Assembly (NCBI GenBank): GCA_964057225.1
Contig: OZ059899.1
Coordinates: 2,418,001 to 2,482,000, forward strand
Direction: 5' to 3'
DNA: 64,000 nucleotides
Source of the DNA: Auanema rhodensis
Taxonomy: Eukaryota; Animalia; Nematoda
Numbering within the stretch: position 1 is the first letter of the stretch; each line of letters starts with the position of its first letter. The translations under genes and the position numbers were made by a program. This document shows, piece after piece, positions 38,801 through 52,400 of this stretch. The notes under the pieces are model-generated. The model worked only from the letters and a program-made list of their open reading frames with translations, had not been told where the DNA came from and ran no database searches.

Positions 38801-41800
38801 AATTTTTGTCAAAATGTTTTTGGAAGCAATGTTGAGTGTACATGGAAACTCAACATACACTAATGCATCATTTTTCAAACGATCATAACTAATTTTTGTA
38901 TCAAACGTTTCTCAATGTAGTATAGTGCATTCGATGCGGATTTTTAAGCTGCGTCGATCTGTGTTATCAGATTTGCGCTAGCTTAAAAATGCACCGAGAT
39001 ATCAACTGATATAAGTTCACACTTATATCCTCGATTTTCACCCTGAAGAATTGATTTTTTCGTTGAATAACATTGTCTATCGTCTTTGCCTTGAAAAATG
39101 GAATCTAAAAACATCTACTTTTTGCTAAATTATTTTGAAATTTTTCGAAAAAAATTTTGTCAAAATGTTTTTGGAAGCAATGTTGAGTGTACATGGAAAC
39201 TCAACATACACTAATGCATCATTTTTCAAACGATCATAACTAATTTTTGTATCAAACGTTTCTCAATGTAGTATAGTGCATTCGATGCGGATTTTTAAGC
39301 TGCGTCGATCTGTGTTATCAGATTTGCGCTAGCTTAAAAATGCACCGAGATATCAACTGATATAAGTTCACACTTATATCCTCGATTTTCACCCTGAAGA
39401 ATTGATTTTTTCGTTGAATAACATTGTCTATCGTCTTTGCCTTGAAAAATGGAATCTAAAAACATCTACTTTTTGCTAAATTATTTTGAAATTTTTCGAA
39501 AAAAATTTTGTCAAAATGTTTTTGGAAGCAATGTTGAGTGTACATGGAAACTCAACATACACTAATGCATCATTTTTCAAACAATCATAACTAATTTGTG
39601 TATTAAGCGTTTCTCAATGTAGTATAGTGCATTCGATGCGGATTTTTAAGCTGCGTCGATCTGTGTTATCAGATTTGCGCTAGCTTAAAAATGCACCGAG
39701 ATATCAACTGATATAAGTTCACACTTATATCCTCGATTTTCACCCTGAAGAATTGATTTTTTCGTTGAATAACATTGTCTATCGTCTTTGTCTTGAAAAA
39801 TGGAATTTAAAAACATCTACTTTTTGCTAAATTATTTTGAAATTTTTCGAAAAAATTTTTGTCAAAATGTTTTTGGAAGCAATGTTGAGTGTACATGGAA
39901 ACTCAACATACACTAATGCATCATTTTTCAAACAATCATAACTAATTTGTGTATTAAGCGTTTCTCAATGTAGTATAGTGCATTCAATGCGGATTTTTAA
40001 GCTGCGTCGATCTGTGTTATCAGATTTGCGCTAGCTTAAAAATGCACCGAGATATCAACTGATATAAGTTCACACTTATATCCTCGATTTTCACCCTGAA
40101 GAATTGATTTTTTCGTTGAATAACATTGTCTATCGTCTTTGCCTTGAAAAATGGAATCTAAAAACATCTACTTTTTGCTAAATTATTTTGAAATTTTTCG
40201 AAAAAATTTTTGTCAAAATGTTTTTGGAAGCAATGTTGAGTGTACATGGAAACTCAACATACACTAATGCATCATTTTTCAAACGATCATAACTAATTTT
40301 TGTATCAAGCGTTTCTCAATGTAGTATAGTGCATTCGATGCGGATTTTTAAGCTGCGTCGATCTGTGTTATCAGATTTGCGCTAGCTTAAAAATGCACCG
40401 AGATACCAACTGATATAAGTTCACACTTATATCCTCGATTTTCACCCTGAAGAATTAATTTTTTCGTTGAATAACATTGTCCATCGTCTTTGCCTTGGAA
40501 AATGGAATCTAAAAACATCTACTTTTTGCTAAATTATTTTGAAATTTTTGGAAAAAATTTTTGTCAAAATGTTTTTGGAAGCAATGTTGAGTGTACATGG
40601 AAACTCAACATACACTAATGCATCATTTTTCAAACGATCATAACTAATTTTTGTATCAAACGTTTCTCAATGTAGTATAGTGCATTCGATGCGGATTTTT
40701 AAGCTGCGTCGATCTGTGTTATCAGATTTGCGCTAGCTTAAAAATGCACCGAGATATCAACTGATATAAGTTCACACTTATATCCTCGATTTTCACCCTG
40801 AAGAATTGATTTTTTCGTTGAATAACATTGTCTATCGTCTTTGCCTTGAAAAATGGAATCTAAAAACATCTACTTTTTGCTAAATTATTTTGAAATTTTT
40901 CGAAAAAATTTTTGTCAAAATGTTTTTGGAAGCAATGTTGAGTGTACATGGAAACTCAACATACACTAATGCATCATTTTTCAAACAATCATAACTAATT
41001 TGTGTATTAAGCGTTTCTCAATGTAGTATAGTGCATTCGATGCGGATTTTTAAGCTGCGTCGATCTGTGTTATCAGATTTGCGCTAGCTTAAAAATGCAC
41101 CGAGATATCAACTGATATAAGTTCACACTTATATCCTCGATTTTCACCCTGAAGAATTGATTTTTTCGTTGAATAACATTGTCTATCGTCTTTGCCTTGA
41201 AAAATGGAATTTAAAAACATCTACTTTTTGCTAAATTATTTTGAAATTTTTCGAAAAAATTTTTGTCAAAATGTTTTTGGAAGCAATGTTGAGTGTACAT
41301 GGAAACTCAACATACACTAATGCATCATTTTTCAAACAATCATAACTAATTTGTGTATTAAGCGTTTCTCAATGTAGTATAGTGCATTCAATGCGGATTT
41401 TTAAGCTGCGTCGATCTGTGTTATCAGATTTGCGCTAGCTTAAAAATGCACCGAGATATCAACTGATATAAGTTCACACTTATATCCTCGATTTTCACCC
41501 TGAAGAATTGATTTTTTCGTTGAATAACATTGTCTATCGTCTTTGCCTTGAAAAATGGAATTTAAAAACATCTACTTTTTGCTAAATTATTTTGAAATTT
41601 TTCGAAAAAATTTTTGTCAAAATGTTTTTGGAAGCAATGTTGAGTGTACATGGAAACTCAACATACACTAATGCATCATTTTTCAAACAATCATAACTAA
41701 TTTGTGTATTAAGCGTTTCTCAATGTAGTATAGTGCATTCAATGCGGATTTTTAAGCTGCGTCGATCTGTGTTATCAGATTTGCGCTAGCTTAAAAATGC

Positions 41801-43508
41801 ACCGAGATATCAACTGATATAAGTTCACACTTATATCCTCGATTTTCACCCTGAAGAATTGATTTTTTCGTTGAATAACATTGTCTATCGTCTTTGTCTT
41901 GAAAAATGGAATTTAAAAACATCTACTTTTTGCTAAATTATTTTGAAATTTTTCGAAAAAATTTTTGTCAAAATGTTTTTGGAAGCAATGTTGAGTGTAC
42001 ATGGAAACTCAACATACACTAATGCATCATTTTTCAAACAATCATAACTAATTTGTGTATTAAGCGTTTCTCAATGTAGTATAGTGCATTCAATGCGGAT
42101 TTTTAAGCTGCGTCGATCTGTGTTATCAGATTTGCGCTAGCTTAAAAATGCACCGAGATATCAACTGATATAAGTTCACACTTATATCCTCGATTTTCAC
42201 CCTGAAGAATTGATTTTTTCGTTGAATAACATTGTCTATCGTCTTTGCCTTGAAAAATGGAATTTAAAAACATCTACTTTTTGCTAAATTATTTTGAAAT
42301 TTTTCGAAAAAATTTTTGTCAAAATGTTTTTGGAAGCAATGTTGAGTGTACATGGAAACTCAACATACACTAATGCATCATTTTTCAAACAATCATAACT
42401 AATTTGTGTATTAAGCGTTTCTCAATGTAGTATAGTGCATTCAATGCGGATTTTTAAGCTGCGTCGATCTGTGTTATCAGATTTGCGCTAGCTTAAAAAT
42501 GCACCGAGATATCAACTGATATAAGTTCACACTTATATCCTCGATTTTCACCCTGAAGAATTGATTTTTTCGTTGAATAACATTGTCTATCGTCTTTGCC
42601 TTGAAAAATGGAATTTAAAAACATCTACTTTTTGCTAAATTATTTTGAAATTTTTCGAAAAAATTTTTGTCAAAATGTTTTTGGAAGCAATGTTGAGTGT
42701 ACATGGAAACTCAACATACACTAATGCATCATTTTTCAAACAATCATAACTAATTTGTGTATTAAGCGTTTCTCAATGTAGTATAGTGCATTCAATGCGG
42801 ATTTTTAAGCTGCGTCGATCTGTGTTATCAGATTTGCGCTAGCTTAAAAATGCACCGAGATATCAACTGATATAAGTTCACACTTATATCCTCGATTTTC
42901 ACCCTGAAGAATTGATTTTTTCGTTGAATAACATTGTCTATCGTCTTTGTCTTGAAAAATGGAATTTAAAAACATCTACTTTTTGCTAAATTATTTTGAA
43001 ATTTTTCGAAAAAATTTTTGTCAAAATGTTTTTGGAAGCAATGTTGAGTGTACATGGAAACTCAACATACACTAATGCATCATTTTTCAAACAATCATAA
43101 CTAATTTGTGTATTAAGCGTTTCTCAATGTAGTATAGTGCATTCAATGCGGATTTTTAAGCTGCGTCGATCTGTGTTATCAGATTTGCGCTAGCTTAAAA
43201 ATGCACCGAGATATCAACTGATATAAGTTCACACTTATATCCTCGATTTTCACCCTGAAGAATTGATTTTTTCGTTGAATAACATTGTCTATCGTCTTTG
43301 CCTTGAAAAATGGAATCTAAAAACATCTACTTTTTGCTAAATTATTTTGAAATTTTTCGAAAAAATTTTTGTCAAAATGTTTTTGGAAGCAATGTTGAGT
43401 GTACATGGAAACTCAACATACACTAATGCATCATTTTTCAAACGATCATAACTAATTTTTGTATCAAGCGTTTCTCAATGTAGTATAGTGCATTCGATGC
43501 GGATTTTT

Positions 43509-46500
43509 AAGCTGCGTCGATCTGTGTTATCAGATTTGCGCTAGCTTAAAAATGCACCGAGATATCAACTGATATAAGTTCACACTTATATCCTCGATTT
43601 TCACCCTGAAGAATTAATTTTTTCGTTGAATAACATTGTCCATCGTCTTTGCCTTGGAAAATGGAATCTAAAAACATCTACTTTTTGCTAAATTATTTTG
43701 AAATTTTTGGAAAAAATTTTTGTCAAAATGTTTTTGGAAGCAATGTTGAGTGTACATGGAAACTCAACATACACTAATGCATCATTTTTCAAACGATCAT
43801 AACTAATTTTTGTATCAAACGTTTCTCAATGTAGTATAGTGCATTCGATGCGGATTTTTAAGCTGCGTCGATCTGTGTTATCAGATTTGCGCTAGCTTAA
43901 AAATGCACCGAGATATCAACTGATATAAGTTCACACTTATATCCTCGATTTTCACCCTGAAGAATTGATTTTTTCGTTGAATAACATTGTCTATCGTCTT
44001 TGCCTTGAAAAATGGAATCTAAAAACATCTACTTTTTGCTAAATTATTTTGAAATTTTTCGAAAAAATTTTTGTCAAAATGTTTTTGGAAGCAATGTTGA
44101 GTGTACATGGAAACTCAACATACACTAATGCATCATTTTTCAAACAATCATAACTAATTTGTGTATTAAGCGTTTCTCAATGTAGTATAGTGCATTCGAT
44201 GCGGATTTTTAAGCTGCGTCGATCTGTGTTATCAGATTTGCGCTAGCTTAAAAATGCACCGAGATATCAACTGATATAAGTTCACACTTATATCCTCGAT
44301 TTTCACCCTGAAGAATTAATTTTTTCGTTGAATAACATTGTCCATCGTCTTTGCCTTGGAAAATGGAATCTAAAAACATCTACTTTTTGCTAAATTATTT
44401 TGAAATTTTTGGAAAAAATTTTTGTCAAAATGTTTTTGGAAGCAATGTTGAGTGTACATGGAAACTCAACATACACTAATGCATCATTTTTCAAACGATC
44501 ATAACTAATTTTTGTATCAAACGTTTCTCAATGTAGTATAGTGCATTCGATGCGGATTTTTAAGCTGCGTCGATCTGTGTTATCAGATTTGCGCTAGCTT
44601 AAAAATGCACCGAGATATCAACTGATATAAGTTCACACTTATATCCTCGATTTTCACCCTGAAGAATTGATTTTTTCGTTGAATAACATTGTCTATCGTC
44701 TTTGCCTTGAAAAATGGAATCTAAAAACATCTACTTTTTGCTAAATTATTTTGAAATTTTTCGAAAAAATTTTTGTCAAAATGTTTTTGGAAGCAATGTT
44801 GAGTGTACATGGAAACTCAACATACACTAATGCATCATTTTTCAAACAATCATAACTAATTTGTGTATTAAGCGTTTCTCAATGTAGTATAGTGCATTCG
44901 ATGCGGATTTTTAAGCTGCGTCGATCTGTGTTATCAGATTTGCGCTAGCTTAAAAATGCACCGAGATATCAACTGATATAAGTTCACACTTATATCCTCG
45001 ATTTTCACCCTGAAGAATTGATTTTTTCGTTGAATAACATTGTCTATCGTCTTTGCCTTGAAAAATGGAATTTAAAAACATCTACTTTTTGCTAAATTAT
45101 TTTGAAATTTTTCGAAAAAATTTTTGTCAAAATGTTTTTGGAAGCAATGTTGAGTGTACATGGAAACTCAACATACACTAATGCATCATTTTTCAAACAA
45201 TCATAACTAATTTGTGTATTAAGCGTTTCTCAATGTAGTATAGTGCATTCAATGCGGATTTTTAAGCTGCGTCGATCTGTGTTATCAGATTTGCGCTAGC
45301 TTAAAAATGCACCGAGATATCAACTGATATAAGTTCACACTTATATCCTCGATTTTCACCCTGAAGAATTGATTTTTTCGTTGAATAACATTGTCTATCG
45401 TCTTTGCCTTGAAAAATGGAATTTAAAAACATCTACTTTTTGCTAAATTATTTTGAAATTTTTCGAAAAAATTTTTGTCAAAATGTTTTTGGAAGCAATG
45501 TTGAGTGTACATGGAAACTCAACATACACTAATGCATCATTTTTCAAACAATCATAACTAATTTGTGTATTAAGCGTTTCTCAATGTAGTATAGTGCATT
45601 CGATGCGGATTTTTAAGCTGCGTCGATCTGTGTTATCAGATTTGCGCTAGCTTAAAAATGCACCGAGATATCAACTGATATAAGTTCACACTTATATCCT
45701 CGATTTTCACCCTGAAGAATTGATTTTTCGTTGAATAACATTGTCTATCGTCTTTGTCTTGAAAAATGGAATCTAAAAACATCTACTTTTTGCTAAATTA
45801 TTTTGAAATTTTTCGAAAAAATTTTTGTCAAAATGTTTTTGGAAGCAATGTTGAGTGTACATGGAAACTCAACATACACTAATGCATCATTTTTCAAACG
45901 ATCATAACTAATTTTTGTATCAAGCGTTTCTCGATGTAGTATAGTGCATTCGATGCGGATTTTTAAGCTGCGTCGATCTGTGTTATCAGATTTGCGCTAG
46001 CTTAAAAATGCACCGAGATATCAACTGATATAAGTTCACACTTATATCCTCGATTTTCACCCTGAATAATTGATTTTTTCGTTGAATAACATTGTCTATC
46101 GTCTTTGCCTTGAAAAATGGAATCTAAAAACATCTACTTTTTGCTAAATTATTTTGAAATTTTTCGAAAAAATTTTTGTCAAAATGTTTTTGGAAGCAAT
46201 GTTGAGTGTACATGGAAACTCAACATACACTAATGCATCATTTTTCAAACGATCATAACTAATTTGTGTATCAAACGTTTCTCAATGTAGTATAGTGCAT
46301 TCGATGCGGATTTTTAAGCTGCGTCGATCTGTGTTATCAGATTTGCGCTAGCTTAAAAATGCACCGAGATATCAACTGATATAAGTTCACACTTATATCC
46401 TCGATTTTCACCCTGAAGAATTAATTTTTTCGTTGAATAACATTGTCCATCGTCTTTGCCTTGGAAAATGGAATCTAAAAACATCTACTTTTTGCTAAAT

Positions 46501-49473
46501 TATTTTGAAATTTTTCGAAAAAATTTTTGTCAAAATGTTTTTGGAAGCAATGTTGAGTGTACATGGAAACTCAACATACACTAATGCATCATTTTTCAAA
46601 CGATCATAACTAATTTTTGTATCAAGCGTTTCTCAATGTAGTATAGTGCATTCGATGCGGATTTTTAAGCTGCGTCGATCTGTGTTATCAGATTTGCGCT
46701 AGCTTAAAAATGCACCGAGATATCAACTGATATAAGTTCACACTTATATCCTCGATTTTCACCCTGAAGAATTAATTTTTTCGTTGAATAACATTGTCCA
46801 TCGTCTTTGCCTTGGAAAATGGAATCTAAAAACATCTACTTTTTGCTAAATTATTTTGAAATTTTTGGAAAAAATTTTTGTCAAAATGTTTTTGGAAGCA
46901 ATGTTGAGTGTACATGGAAACTCAACATACACTAATGCATCATTTTTCAAACGATCATAACTAATTTTTGTATCAAACGTTTCTCAATGTAGTATAGTGC
47001 ATTCGATGCGGATTTTTAAGCTGCGTCGATCTGTGTTATCAGATTTGCGCTAGCTTAAAAATGCACCGAGATATCAACTGATATAAGTTCACACTTATAT
47101 CCTCGATTTTCACCCTGAAGAATTGATTTTTTCGTTGAATAACATTGTCTATCGTCTTTGCCTTGAAAAATGGAATCTAAAAACATCTACTTTTTGCTAA
47201 ATTATTTTGAAATTTTTCGAAAAAATTTTTGTCAAAATGTTTTTGGAAGCAATGTTGAGTGTACATGGAAACTCAACATACACTAATGCATCATTTTTCA
47301 AACAATCATAACTAATTTGTGTATTAAGCGTTTCTCAATGTAGTATAGTGCATTCGATGCGGATTTTTAAGCTGCGTCGATCTGTGTTATCAGATTTGCG
47401 CTAGCTTAAAAATGCACCGAGATATCAACTGATATAAGTTCACACTTATATCCTCGATTTTCACCCTGAAGAATTAATTTTTTCGTTGAATAACATTGTC
47501 CATCGTCTTTGCCTTGGAAAATGGAATCTAAAAACATCTACTTTTTGCTAAATTATTTTGAAATTTTTGGAAAAAATTTTTGTCAAAATGTTTTTGGAAG
47601 CAATGTTGAGTGTACATGGAAACTCAACATACACTAATGCATCATTTTTCAAACGATCATAACTAATTTTTGTATCAAACGTTTCTCAATGTAGTATAGT
47701 GCATTCGATGCGGATTTTTAAGCTGCGTCGATCTGTGTTATCAGATTTGCGCTAGCTTAAAAATGCACCGAGATATCAACTGATATAAGTTCACACTTAT
47801 ATCCTCGATTTTCACCCTGAAGAATTGATTTTTTCGTTGAATAACATTGTCTATCGTCTTTGCCTTGAAAAATGGAATCTAAAAACATCTACTTTTTGCT
47901 AAATTATTTTGAAATTTTTCGAAAAAATTTTTGTCAAAATGTTTTTGGTAGCAATGTTGAGTGTACATGGAAACTCAACATACACTAATGCATCATTTTT
48001 CAAACAATCATAACTAATTTGTGTATTAAGCGTTTCTCAATGTAGTATAGTGCATTCGATGCGGATTTTTAAGCTGCGTCGATCTGTGTTATCAGATTTG
48101 CGCTAGCTTAAAAATGCACCGAGATATCAACTGATATAAGTTCACACTTATATCCTCGATTTTCACCCTGAAGAATTGATTTTTTCGTTGAATAACATTG
48201 TCTATCGTCTTTGCCTTGAAAAATGGAATTTAAAAACATCTACTTTTTGCTAAATTATTTTGAAATTTTTCGAAAAAATTTTTGTCAAAATGTTTTTGGA
48301 AGCAATGTTGAGTGTACATGGAAACTCAACATACACTAATGCATCATTTTTCAAACAATCATAACTAATTTGTGTATTAAGCGTTTCTCAATGTAGTATA
48401 GTGCATTCAATGCGGATTTTTAAGCTGCGTCGATCTGTGTTATCAGATTTGCGCTAGCTTAAAAATGCACCGAGATATCAACTGATATAAGTTCACACTT
48501 ATATCCTCGATTTTCACCCTGAAGAATTGATTTTTTCGTTGAATAACATTGTCTATCGTCTTTGCCTTGAAAAATGGAATTTAAAAACATCTACTTTTTG
48601 CTAAATTATTTTGAAATTTTTCGAAAAAATTTTTGTCAAAATGTTTTTGGAAGCAATGTTGAGTGTACATGGAAACTCAACATACACTAATGCATCATTT
48701 TTCAAACAATCATAACTAATTTGTGTATTAAGCGTTTCTCAATGTAGTATAGTGCATTCGATGCGGATTTTTAAGCTGCGTCGATCTGTGTTATCAGATT
48801 TGCGCTAGCTTAAAAATGCACCGAGATATCAACTGATATAAGTTCACACTTATATCCTCGATTTTCACCCTGAAGAATTGATTTTTCGTTGAATAACATT
48901 GTCTATCGTCTTTGTCTTGAAAAATGGAATCTAAAAACATCTACTTTTTGCTAAATTATTTTGAAATTTTTCGAAAAAATTTTTGTCAAAATGTTTTTGG
49001 AAGCAATGTTGAGTGTACATGGAAACTCAACATACACTAATGCATCATTTTTCAAACGATCATAACTAATTTTTGTATCAAGCGTTTCTCGATGTAGTAT
49101 AGTGCATTCGATGCGGATTTTTAAGCTGCGTCGATCTGTGTTATCAGATTTGCGCTAGCTTAAAAATGCACCGAGATATCAACTGATATAAGTTCACACT
49201 TATATCCTCGATTTTCACCCTGAATAATTGATTTTTTCGTTGAATAACATTGTCTATCGTCTTTGCCTTGAAAAATGGAATCTAAAAACATCTACTTTTT
49301 GCTAAATTATTTTGAAATTTTTCGAAAAAATTTTTGTCAAAATGTTTTTGGAAGCAATGTTGAGTGTACATGGAAACTCAACATACACTAATGCATCATT
49401 TTTCAAACGATCATAACTAATTTGTGTATCAAACGTTTCTCAATGTAGTATAGTGCATTCGATGCGGATTTTT
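43509..49473. repeat. Tandem duplication with a 9-monomer period (3158 bp)
   Basis: The order B-C-B-C-D(339A)-D-E(320G)-103T occurs at 43509-46315 and 46667-49473. The rare m103T allele is at 46067 and 49225. Confidence 0.82.
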
Positions 49474-52400
49474 AAGCTGCGTCGATCTGTGTTATCAGAT
49501 TTGCGCTAGCTTAAAAATGCACCGAGATATCAACTGATATAAGTTCACACTTATATCCTCGATTTTCACCCTGAAGAATTGATTTTTTCGTTGAATAACA
49601 TTGTCTATCGTCTTTGCCTTGAAAAATGGAATCTAAAAACATCTACTTTTTGCTAAATTATTTTGAAATTTTTCGAAAAAATTTTTGTCAAAATGTTTTT
49701 GGAAGCAATGTTGAGTGTACATGGAAACTCAACATACACTAATGCATCATTTTTCAAACAATCATAACTAATTTGTGTATTAAGCGTTTCTCAATGTAGT
49801 ATAGTGCATTCAATGCGGATTTTTAAGCTGCGTCGATCTGTGTTATCAGATTTGCGCTAGCTTAAAAATGCACCGAGATATCAACTGATATAAGTTCACA
49901 CTTATATCCTCGATTTTCACCCTGAAGAATTGATTTTTTCGTTGAATAACATTGTCTATCGTCTTTGCCTTGGAAAATGGAATCTAAAAACATCTACTTT
50001 TTGCTAAATTATTTTGAAATTTTTCGAAAAAATTTTTGTCAAAATGTTTTTGGAAGCAATGTTGAGTGTACATGGAAACTCAACATACACTAATGCATCA
50101 TTTTTCAAACGATCATAACTAATTTTTGTATCAAGCGTTTCTCAATGTAGTATAGTGCATTCGATGCGGATTTTTAAGCTGCGTCGATCTGTGTTATCAG
50201 ATTTGCGCTAGCTTAAAAATGCACCGAGATATCAACTGATATAAGTTCACACTTATATCCTCGATTTTCACCCTGAAGAATTAATTTTTTCGTTGAATAA
50301 CATTGTCCATCGTCTTTGCCTTGGAAAATGGAATCTAAAAACATCTACTTTTTGCTAAATTATTTTGAAATTTTTGGAAAAAATTTTTGTCAAAATGTTT
50401 TTGGAAGCAATGTTGAGTGTACATGGAAACTCAACATACACTAATGCATCATTTTTCAAACGATCATAACTAATTTTTGTATCAAACGTTTCTCAATGTA
50501 GTATAGTGCATTCGATGCGGATTTTTAAGCTGCGTCGATCTGTGTTATCAGATTTGCGCTAGCTTAAAAATGCACCGAGATATCAACTGATATAAGTTCA
50601 CACTTATATCCTCGATTTTCACCCTGAAGAATTGATTTTTTCGTTGAATAACATTGTCTATCGTCTTTGCCTTGAAAAATGGAATCTAAAAACATCTACT
50701 TTTTGCTAAATTATTTTGAAATTTTTCGAAAAAATTTTTGTCAAAATGTTTTTGGAAGCAATGTTGAGTGTACATGGAAACTCAACATACACTAATGCAT
50801 CATTTTTCAAACAATCATAACTAATTTGTGTATTAAGCGTTTCTCAATGTAGTATAGTGCATTCGATGCGGATTTTTAAGCTGCGTCGATCTGTGTTATC
50901 AGATTTGCGCTAGCTTAAAAATGCACCGAGATATCAACTGATATAAGTTCACACTTATATCCTCGATTTTCACCCTGAAGAATTGATTTTTCGTTGAATA
51001 ACATTGTCCATCGTCTTTGCCTTGGAAAATGGAATCTAAAAACATCTACTTTTTGCTAAATTATTTTGAAATTTTTCGAAAAAATTTTTGTCAAAATGTT
51101 TTTGGAAGCAATGTTGAGTGTACATGGAAACTCAACATACACTAATGCATCATTTTTCAAACGATCATAACTAATTTTTGTATCAAACGTTTCTCAATGT
51201 AGTATAGTGCATTCAATGCGGATTTTTATGCTGCGTCGATCTGTGTTATCAGATTTGCGCTAGCTTAAAAATGCACCGAGATATCAACTGATATAAGTTC
51301 ACACTTATATCCTCGATTTTCACCCTGAAGAATTAATTTTTTCGTTGAATAACATTGTCCATCGTCTTTGCCTTGGAAAATGGAATCTAAAAACATCTAC
51401 TTTTTGCTAAATTATTTTGAAATTTTTGGAAAAAATTTTTGTCAAAATGTTTTTGGAAGCAATGTTGAGTGTACATGGAAACTCAACATACACTAATGCA
51501 TCATTTTTCAAACGATCATAACTAATTTTTGTATCAAACGTTTCTCAATGTAGTATAGTGCATTCGATGCGGATTTTTAAGCTGCGTCGATCTGTGTTAT
51601 CAGATTTGCGCTAGCTTAAAAATGCACCGAGATATCAACTGATATAAGTTCACACTTATATCCTCGATTTTCACCCTGAAGAATTGATTTTTTCGTTGAA
51701 TAACATTGTCTATCGTCTTTGCCTTGAAAAATGGAATCTAAAAACATCTACTTTTTGCTAAATTATTTTGAAATTTTTCGAAAAAATTTTTGTCAAAATG
51801 TTTTTGGAAGCAATGTTGAGTGTACATGGAAACTCAACATACACTAATGCATCATTTTTCAAACAATCATAACTAATTTGTGTATTAAGCGTTTCTCAAT
51901 GTAGTATAGTGCATTCGATGCGGATTTTTAAGCTGCGTCGATCTGTGTTATCAGATTTGCGCTAGCTTAAAAATGCACCGAGATATCAACTGATATAAGT
52001 TCACACTTATATCCTCGATTTTCACCCTGAAGAATTAATTTTTTCGTTGAATAACATTGTCCATCGTCTTTGCCTTGGAAAATGGAATCTAAAAACATCT
52101 ACTTTTTGCTAAATTATTTTGAAATTTTTCGAAAAAATTTTTGTCAAAATGTTTTTGGAAGCAATGTTGAGTGTACATGGAAACTCAACATACACTAATG
52201 CATCATTTTTCAAACAATCATAACTAATTTGTGTATTAAGCGTTTCTCAATGTAGTATAGTGCATTCAATGCGGATTTTTAAGCTGCGTCGATCTGTGTT
52301 ATCAGATTTGCGCTAGCTTAAAAATGCACCGAGATATCAACTGATATAAGTTCACACTTATATCCTCGATTTTCACCCTGAAGAATTGATTTTTTCGTTG

